From the IMG/VR virus record IMGVR_UViG_3300042376_000178, positions 1 to 24,658 of that record: a stretch of 24,658 nucleotides of DNA; one strand, written 5' to 3'. This document shows, one piece after another, positions 7,360-14,300 of the stretch; position 1 is the stretch's first letter, and each line of letters opens with the position of its first letter. This stretch comes from a virus. Its lineage: Duplodnaviria; Caudoviricetes. Under the pieces are notes generated by a model. The model was not told where the DNA came from. It made no database searches and saw only the letters and a program-made list of their open reading frames with translations. The position numbers were made by a program, and so were the translations under genes.

Positions 7360-7441
7360 ATCATTGACTGAAAAGGTCTTGATTGTTATAATGTTCATTG
7401 GGTTTGTGGTAATCATTTGCCTGTTGCCCGATCTGTATTAG
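7352..7441 (+). CDS. 29-aa single-pass membrane peptide
   Basis: MDESLTEKVLIVIMFIGFVVIICLLPDLY; AAGGAG RBS; not in the ORF track. Confidence 0.55.
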   Translation: MDESLTEKVLIVIMFIGFVVIICLLPDLY

Positions 7442-7487
7442 CGAATTGAAAGCGAATCGGTTACATCAAACAATACGGAGAGAAATC

Positions 7488-7712
7488 ATGGCAGAAAGAA
7501 TTTACATTGTCCGCAACACCCACGGGGCACGCCTCGTCAAAGCCAACCTGCGCCAGCAGGCCCTGAGCCACGTCGCAAGCACCGAGTACACGGTCCGCGT
7601 CGCATCGCAGGACGACTTGGTCCAACAGCTCACCGCCGGAGCCAAGATCGAGCAGTACAAGGACCCGGAACAGCGAGAGCTGGTCGAAGAGAGCGAATCC
7701 CCCGGGAACTGA
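7488..7712 (+). CDS. Hypothetical protein (MAERIYIV...)
   Basis: GGAG RBS before ATG at 7488. Confidence 0.75.
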   Translation: MAERIYIVRNTHGARLVKANLRQQALSHVASTEYTVRVASQDDLVQQLTAGAKIEQYKDPEQRELVEESESPGN

Positions 7713-7750
7713 TACCATACGCCTCATCATTACGGACGAGGACTAAGGTC

Positions 7751-8332
7751 ATGCCAGAAACCGCCGCAAAGCCATCAAAACGAGCTACAGCAGCCCCAAA
7801 GCCCAAAGTCAAGGGTAAGGTAGCCCAACAGCCTGTAAGCGCACCCAAGAGGACAGGAAGACCCAGCAAGTACACCCCAGAGCTTGCGGCAGAAATTTGT
7901 GAGCGGATCGGGAAGGGTGAGACACTGCGCCAGATATGCAGGGACGAGCACATGCCGCATTGGACCAATGTGTACGAGTGGTTGAGTCGCGATGAGGGTC
8001 TTTCGGTACGGGTCGCGCACGCACGCGAGATTGGTTACGACGCCATAGCCGAAGAGTCACTGGCCATCACCGACAATGAGCCGCTGGCCGTGTTTGACGA
8101 GGCGGGAAACAAGCGCTACGACCCCGGCAGCATCTCATGGAACAAGAACCGCGCCGAGCACCGCCTGAAGCTGTTGGCCTGCTGGAACCCCAAGAAGTAC
8201 GGCACCAAGGTGGCGGTGGGCGGTGACCCCGGCAACCCGATCCAGATCGAGGCTCAGGTGGAGGCCGACAACTTCCTTGCCGCCATCATCAAAAACGCGG
8301 AGCTGAAGCGGCAAGTCTCGGCAAATGAATGA
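7751..8332 (+). CDS. terS: Terminase small subunit
   Basis: 'GRPSKYTPELAAEICERI..GETLRQIC...MP....VYEW', '..PKKYG' (Sf6-gp1-like); overlaps the terL start. Confidence 0.85.
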   Translation: MPETAAKPSKRATAAPKPKVKGKVAQQPVSAPKRTGRPSKYTPELAAEICERIGKGETLRQICRDEHMPHWTNVYEWLSRDEGLSVRVAHAREIGYDAIAEESLAITDNEPLAVFDEAGNKRYDPGSISWNKNRAEHRLKLLACWNPKKYGTKVAVGGDPGNPIQIEAQVEADNFLAAIIKNAELKRQVSANE

Positions 8333-10571
8333 CATCGCGGCGATCGTCTCTGACCCGGAGGTCAAGAGGCACCTAGCGCTGGCCAGCCCCGAGTACCGTC
8401 TCGCGTGGGCTTGGCGCATGTCATGGTTCAGCATCCAGCATACCCATCAGATTCTCCCGCCGGGCGACTGGTGGTCAATCTGGCTGATGCTGGCTGGCCG
8501 TGGAGCTGGGAAAACCCGCACCGCCGCCGAGCAGATCGCGTGGTGGGCCTATACCGAGCCGGGCACGCGCTGGCTCGTTGCAGCCCCAACCAGCGCCGAC
8601 GTGAAAGCCACCTGCTTCGAGGGTGACTCCGGCCTGCTTAACGTGATCCCCAAGGGACTGGTGGCCGACTACAACAAGCAGTACCACGAGCTGCGCCTGC
8701 ACAACGGCAGCCTGATTAAGGGCATCCCGGCGTCCGAGCCTGAGCGCTTCCGGGGGCCGCAATTCCACGGCGGATGGTGCTGTACCCCAGAGACGGTGAT
8801 TGCGTTACCCGGTGGCGGTGGAATGGCGATCAAGGATGTTCAGGTCGGCGACATGGTTATGACACGAAATGGCCCCCGCAAAGTGATTGCCGCTGGCGTA
8901 TCTGGCAACCTGAATGACTTGGCGACTATCGGATGTGGAGATACGAGCTTGACAGTCACGGTGGATCACCCGATACTCGTTGGTGACCAGTGGATTTCCG
9001 CTGGCGACATCAAGGTAGGGGATTTTGTATGGGCTACAAGTACATCGGCAGCAGGCTCGCTCACAGGGTCATCTATGAGCGCCACAAGGGTCCAATCCCC
9101 AAGGGATGGGTCGTTCACCACAAGGATGAGGACAAGGGCAACAATGACCTTGACAACCTTGAAGCAATGCCTCGCAAAGAGCACCAGCGGCTTCACGCAA
9201 CGGGCAGGCCAGCCTCTGACGTTCAAAAGGCAGTTGCAAGCAGAACCCTTGAGTCGTTGCGCACCCCAAAGCCAGCCAAGTGCATCCAGTGTCAAACCAA
9301 CTTTGTCTCGACGTCTGCTGGAGAGGTTGGTAAGTTCTGCTCTCGTTCGTGCCTTGAGTCTTGGCGTGGCAACAAATTCACCCCAGAGCTGCGCACCTGC
9401 CTCGTCTGCGAAGGCGAATACCTTGCCACGAAACGATTCCAGCGGTACTGTTGCAAGCAGTGTTGCAACAAGTCCACAGTGCGGACCTATCGAACTGAGG
9501 CAACTGGCGGTACACCGCGTCGAACGCTTGCCAAACTCGCTGACGTACAACCTGACAGTTGAGGGTGAGCACGAGTTCATCGCCAACGGTATCGTGGTTC
9601 ACAACTGCGACGAGCTGGCCGCGTGGGATTACCTGCAAGAGGCGTGGGATCAGATCCAGTTCGGGATGCGGCTGGGCAAGCGCACCCGCATGATCTGCAC
9701 CACCACCCCGCGACCAAAGGACCTGATCATCGAGCTGATGGGCCGGGAGGGCGACGACGTGGTCATGACGACCGCCTCGACCTACGCCAACCTCGGCAAC
9801 TTGTCCGACAACTTCAGGAAACAGATCCTCGCCTACGAGGGGACCAAGCTGGGGCGGCAGGAGATCTATGCCGAGATTATTGACCCCGAGGAGGGCGGGA
9901 TCGTCAAAAGGGATATGTTCAAGCTCTGGCCTGCCGGGCGGGCGTTCCCCAAGTTCGAGTACATCCTCCAGAGCTACGACGTGGCCACCAGCGAGAAGGC
10001 CCAGAACGACCCGACCGCCTGCATCACCTTCGGCGTGTTCAAGCCGCAGGACGGCCCCATGTCGGCCATGATCATCGACTGCTGGCAAGAGCGCATGATG
10101 TATCCTGACCTGCGCCCCAAGGTCATCGAGGAGTACGAGACCGTCTTCGGCGAGGGCAAGGACCGCAAGCGGGTTGACCTGCTGCTGATCGAAGACAAGA
10201 GTGCCGGGATCTCGCTGATCCAAGACCTCCAGCGGGCTCACCTGCCGGTCAGAGCGTACAACCCCGGGCGGGCCGACAAGCTCCAGCGCCTGAACATCGT
10301 CTCCAACATCATTGCCCGTGGCCGGGTCTGGATCCCCGAGTCCGACCACCGAAAGGGCTACGTCAAGGACTGGGCAGAGGGGTTCGTCAGCCAGATCTGC
10401 TCGTTCCCCGAGACCACGCACGACGACCTTGTGGACGCCTGCACTCAGGCCCTGCGCTACCTGCGGGATGCCGGGTGGCTGGAGATCGACCCGCCGCCCA
10501 ATGAGGACTGGGACGAGGACGACTTTGCCGACAGCGGCAAACAAAAGCGAGTCAACCCCTATGCAGTCTGA
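8325..10571 (+). CDS. terL: Terminase large subunit, intein-containing (748-aa precursor, 472 aa after splicing)
   Basis: Walker A 'AGRGAGKT'; Walker B reconstituted as 'GPQFHGGW|CDELAAW'; motif III 'TTTP'; RNase H-like acidic motifs 'YDVA', 'IEDK', 'HDDLVDA'. Confidence 0.95.
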   Translation: MNDIAAIVSDPEVKRHLALASPEYRLAWAWRMSWFSIQHTHQILPPGDWWSIWLMLAGRGAGKTRTAAEQIAWWAYTEPGTRWLVAAPTSADVKATCFEGDSGLLNVIPKGLVADYNKQYHELRLHNGSLIKGIPASEPERFRGPQFHGGWCCTPETVIALPGGGGMAIKDVQVGDMVMTRNGPRKVIAAGVSGNLNDLATIGCGDTSLTVTVDHPILVGDQWISAGDIKVGDFVWATSTSAAGSLTGSSMSATRVQSPRDGSFTTRMRTRATMTLTTLKQCLAKSTSGFTQRAGQPLTFKRQLQAEPLSRCAPQSQPSASSVKPTLSRRLLERLVSSALVRALSLGVATNSPQSCAPASSAKANTLPRNDSSGTVASSVATSPQCGPIELRQLAVHRVERLPNSLTYNLTVEGEHEFIANGIVVHNCDELAAWDYLQEAWDQIQFGMRLGKRTRMICTTTPRPKDLIIELMGREGDDVVMTTASTYANLGNLSDNFRKQILAYEGTKLGRQEIYAEIIDPEEGGIVKRDMFKLWPAGRAFPKFEYILQSYDVATSEKAQNDPTACITFGVFKPQDGPMSAMIIDCWQERMMYPDLRPKVIEEYETVFGEGKDRKRVDLLLIEDKSAGISLIQDLQRAHLPVRAYNPGRADKLQRLNIVSNIIARGRVWIPESDHRKGYVKDWAEGFVSQICSFPETTHDDLVDACTQALRYLRDAGWLEIDPPPNEDWDEDDFADSGKQKRVNPYAV
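8778..9605 (+). mobile_element. Intein (276 aa) inserted in the TerL Walker B motif
   Basis: Block A 'CCTPETVI', 'IKDVQVGD'; block B 'LTVTVDHPI' (TxxH); block F 'TYNLTVEGEHEFIANG'; block G 'VVHN' followed by Cys+1. Confidence 0.95.
9029..9562 (+). CDS. HNH homing endonuclease with two C-terminal zinc fingers, nested out of frame in the intein
   Basis: 'AHRVIYERHKGPIPKGWVVHHKDEDKGNNDLDNL...EHQRLH' (HNH_3-type); CIQC..FCSRSC and CLVC..YCCKQC. AGGGG 7 nt before ATG 9029 (GTG 8990 is an alternative start); TGA at 9560-9562. Confidence 0.9.
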   Translation: MGYKYIGSRLAHRVIYERHKGPIPKGWVVHHKDEDKGNNDLDNLEAMPRKEHQRLHATGRPASDVQKAVASRTLESLRTPKPAKCIQCQTNFVSTSAGEVGKFCSRSCLESWRGNKFTPELRTCLVCEGEYLATKRFQRYCCKQCCNKSTVRTYRTEATGGTPRRTLAKLADVQPDS

Positions 10572-10579
10572 TCAAGCTG

Positions 10580-10588
10580 TGGTACAGT
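10580..10588 (+). promoter_or_regulatory. Putative extended -10 promoter
   Basis: TGgTACAGT just after the terL stop; predicted start at ~10594-10595 coincides with the first hairpin. Confidence 0.5.
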
Positions 10589-10593
10589 GGCGC

Positions 10594-10925
10594 TGTTGTG
10601 GTCGATCGCAGCAATTTGAAAGCCGTTACTCATGCATTGGCTCCCGTGAAAGGGAGGATCGACCCAGTGCAGTAGTAACGGCTTTTGTCATTGGCGGCCC
10701 CGACTCGGACACCATGCGGCACGTCGGTGGTGGAGTCTTAAACAACCCTGTGACACGAGCAAGCCACAGCAGGGGCGGTGGGCGAATTCCCAGAGCCGGG
10801 CGGTTGAAACAAGTCTGGGATAACGTAAGCGACGACTGGCTCCATACAGAGGATCGTCGAGGCGTAGAGCGAACTTTGGTCTTGACCACGGTAAGGCTAC
10901 GCTTTGCTCAAACATTCACCACCAG
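10594..10925 (+). ncRNA. Candidate structured RNA (pseudoknotted 5' domain + multistem 3' domain), family unassigned
   Basis: Many nested stems in a ~360-nt gap of an otherwise tightly coupled genome; see findings. Confidence 0.6.
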
Positions 10926-10933
10926 AGGCCTTC

Positions 10934-11137
10934 ATGCAGATCACTAAAGAGTGGTTAGATCTAATCAGTGATCTTGAGGGGTTGACCAATGGCCAACAGA
11001 AACTGCTCGACATCTGGTGCAAAGACGCCCCCTACGTTGACAAGCTGATCCCTGATCTGGTGGCGCACTTCCTTGAGCACTGCCGGGGGTATCGTGAGAT
11101 GCCTCAGCACGTCAAAGACTTCAAAGGCTGGATATGA
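10934..11137 (+). CDS. Hypothetical protein (MQITKEWLD...)
   Basis: GAGG before ATG at 10934; ATGA coupling downstream. Confidence 0.65.
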   Translation: MQITKEWLDLISDLEGLTNGQQKLLDIWCKDAPYVDKLIPDLVAHFLEHCRGYREMPQHVKDFKGWI

Positions 11138-11328
11138 ACCAAGAACCTCCCAAGATTGAAATGTGCGCCAACCGTTTTGAGCTGATCAGCCGTTGGGGAC
11201 AACCTGTTGACAAGATCTGGGCCCGGGACATGCTTGAGCGCTGGCTCCAGCAGAGATTGGACTTGACAGACCCTAGCGTTTATGATGGCGGCATTCCCGC
11301 GAAAGGTCCTGAGCATGCAATTTCCTGA
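11134..11328 (+). CDS. Hypothetical protein
   Basis: ATGA coupling; overlaps the start of the large gene. Confidence 0.6.
   Translation: MNQEPPKIEMCANRFELISRWGQPVDKIWARDMLERWLQQRLDLTDPSVYDGGIPAKGPEHAIS
11258..11286 (+). promoter_or_regulatory. Putative promoter for the large gene/head operon
   Basis: TGGACT (11258) -17- TATGAT (11281); an overlapping TTGACA at 11263 is only 12 nt from the -10. Confidence 0.4.
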
Positions 11329-14300
11329 ACTCGCCCCGATCAAGCCGATCAACCTGCCGGATCTGAAACCGATCGGGACTGATTCGGTTCCCAAGAAGCA
11401 GTCACTGCAGGAGTGGCATGCGGCTGGTGGTGGAGTTCCGAAGCAGTACAAGGGCCGTGAGCATGTCTGGCACGCCAAGGTCAAGAAGTTCGCCGAGGGC
11501 GGTGAGGCTCATATGGGAGCCGGTGGTGTCATGAAGGGCTTGATAGGGGCCTACAACAAGGCGGACAAGGCCGCTGACGCAGCAATAGCTGCCAAGAAAG
11601 CGCTGCCTGCCGCCGAGCGGGACGCCAACCTCCAGAAGTTCCTTGAGCCCAGCAAAGCCCCGATGCGCCTGTACCACGGCACGACCGCCACCGAAGGCGG
11701 CAAGGGCAAGGAGGCTATCCGCAGTCTTAAACCTAGCAAGGAGGGCGCACTCGGCTCTGGGGTGTACCTGACCCCCAGCTCGGCCCATGCAAGCGGCTAC
11801 AGCGGCATTCCTAACGACGAGGCCATTGAGATGATGCTGCGTGACCCGCGCAATCAAGACCTTGGACTGAAGGCGCTAAACCAGCGCAACTCTGGCAATG
11901 TTCTGCCATCGCAGGAGGGCGGCAATATGTTGCCCGTCCATGCCCAGATACGGAACCCGCTGATCATTGAAGGCACTCACGGCGATCCTATGATCGAGGC
12001 GCTGATGAAACTAGGCATGGACGAGGACAAAGCCTCCCGCATGGTTGAGCGTGCTTACGACCAGAAGGGCTACATCGGCAAGGAAGTTGAGTCCCGCGCC
12101 CGTGCCGCTGGTTATGACGGCCTGATGCAGTACCGCAATGGCGACCTGTCCGAAGTGGTCTCCTACAACCCCAACACAATCAAGAGCGCAATCGGAAACC
12201 AAGGCACCTATGACACCAGCATCCCAGACCTGAACAAGGCTCGTGGCGGTGAGGTCCACATGCAAAAGGGTGGGAAGTCCGGTGCCCTCGTAAGCATTGC
12301 CGAGGCGGTGGCCGCAGCCAGCAAGAAGGCCGACGAGATCCTTGCGGCCAAGAAGGCGGCAGACGAGGCCACCAAGCCCGCCAAAGCAGCCAAGCCAACG
12401 AACTACAGCCCGAAGGTGCTGGAATCAACTGCCGCACGATTTGCGGACAAGATTTCAGCGGCCAGCCCAAAGTTGAGTGACGAAGAGGTTGCCAAGAAGG
12501 CAATGAACCAAGCCGTTAAAAAGCTGGAATGGGAGCGGACGCAAAAGCCTGCGTTAGAAAAAAAGTACGGACCGTTGAGCAAGTCTTCTTTTTCTGAGAG
12601 CAACCCCAACAAGATGCAGAACACCGCTGAGGTGGTGGCAGAACGCAAGCGCAAGGCCAACGAGTTTCTTGATCAACCCACTGAGCCATGGTCGCCCCCG
12701 CGAGCGGAGCTGCAAGCGTTTGACCGCTCATCCATCAAGGACGCTTTAGAGGGTTTCCCCGGCGTGTCGCAGTCCACCTTCCCTCGCGATAAGCCCAGCC
12801 GCGCCAGCACCTCGCACGTTGAGGAGCTGTACACAGATCCAGAAAATCGCGCCTTGATTGAGAAGCAGATCAAACGTGGCTTGCCATTAGGCGGGGAGTC
12901 GTTCTACGCTTCCTTGTACCCCGTGAAACAGGCGGTGCTGGAAGCAGGCATGCCTGCCGAGAAGTTTGATCAATGGATCCACGGTTTGGCTCCGGCGTCG
13001 GCACGCAATTCCATTATGAACGAAATGGCGGTTGGCCAGTTTCTGCGTCAAATGAATGCGCGTGGCATTCCATTGACCGAAGAAAATGTTGCCAGAGAAA
13101 TGGCTATATACGCGGATAAATTTGGCATGGGCTTGCCGTTGATGCCGGTTCACCGAGAAGGCGTGGCTAAGGTGCTGGAGGGCGGGCTGAACCTGCGCGA
13201 TCAGAATTTGGCAAACATACCAACTAACTACAAGATTCCAACATACGGCAGTCAAAAAGCTGGTGACTTTGCCAATTCGGTGGTGCTTGACGTTCATGAG
13301 GCTGCAGGCCACACACAAGGCAGTCGATACCACCCCTATTTCAATGAGCAAGGCGGGTTCGGCAATACCGAATACAACGCAGGCGAGCAAGGGTTGCTGG
13401 GAATTGCCAAGGACCTTGGCATCCCCGGCGGCATGGCGCAGGCTGGGCGCTGGTTTGGTGGAGGCGAGCTGACGGGGTTGAAATCGCCCCGGGGCGATGC
13501 GCTTGATCTGCTTGAGAAGCAGGTGGCTTACACGCTCCAGCAAAAAGGCATCCAACCTAACCCGGCCAACGTGCGCGCAGAAGTGCTTCGGCAGATTGAG
13601 ACGGGTGAAGGCGATCTCTTGCCTTGGTATCGCAAGGAAGGCATGCCTGATGTCCGTCAGACGGGCTTACAACGAGCTGAAGGCGGCGAGATCCACAAGG
13701 CCGAGGGTGGTTTAATTGAAGAGCGTCGCTTTGACGGCGGCGGCATGGCGGCGGCAGACTTTGCCGGGCCGGAGGACGACGGCGGCAGCCTTGACAAAGC
13801 CAAGCTGATGACCAAAATTCTTGCTGAAGAAGCTAAAAAGCAGGGCAGCAAAGAAGCGGGAAGCCTCAGCAAACCACGCGCACTCACAGACCTGCTAAAC
13901 CGTGGCGTGCTGGCCAACAACCCGATAAGCGCAGGCATTGACCTGCTGAACATGGGTTTGATACCCCTTGACATATTGGGTTCCAAGCTGACGGGACGGG
14001 ACATTAAGGTATCCAGCGACAAGCCGTTCCTTGGGTCCGAGTACGTCAAAGACCTGATGAACAAGTACAACGTCACGTCGGGCGAAGAGCGCCCCATGAT
14101 GGAGACCGCCCTGAGCTTTGCCAGCCCCGCAGGCATGGTCAAGGGCGCAATGAAAGCGCCGGGCGCGGTTACAAAGGTGACAGAGGCGTTAACCTCAAGT
14201 AAAATGCCACCTCTGGCCACAGAGGCGAAGACTGCGCAAGCAGGGAAACCAACAGGAGCTACATATGCAACAAAACAAGACGGACCGTTCTACCGGGTCA

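Noticed and set aside
8966-9586. 206-aa minus-strand ORF over the intein/HNH region (apparent triple coding)
   Set aside because: No recognisable motif or initiation signal; plausibly a by-product of the two constrained plus frames.
8778-9605. Group I intron explanation for the terL insertion
   Set aside because: The insert is in frame (828 nt) with all intein blocks and a Cys+1; no intron core elements were seen.
10594-10690. tRNA call for the branched structure
   Set aside because: No T-loop GTTC, D-loop or acceptor stem/CCA; the stem geometry is wrong.
10312-10947. 211-aa plus-strand ORF spanning the terL end and the structured region
   Set aside because: Arg/Ser/Thr-rich off-frame character and no RBS; the region is better explained by RNA structure.
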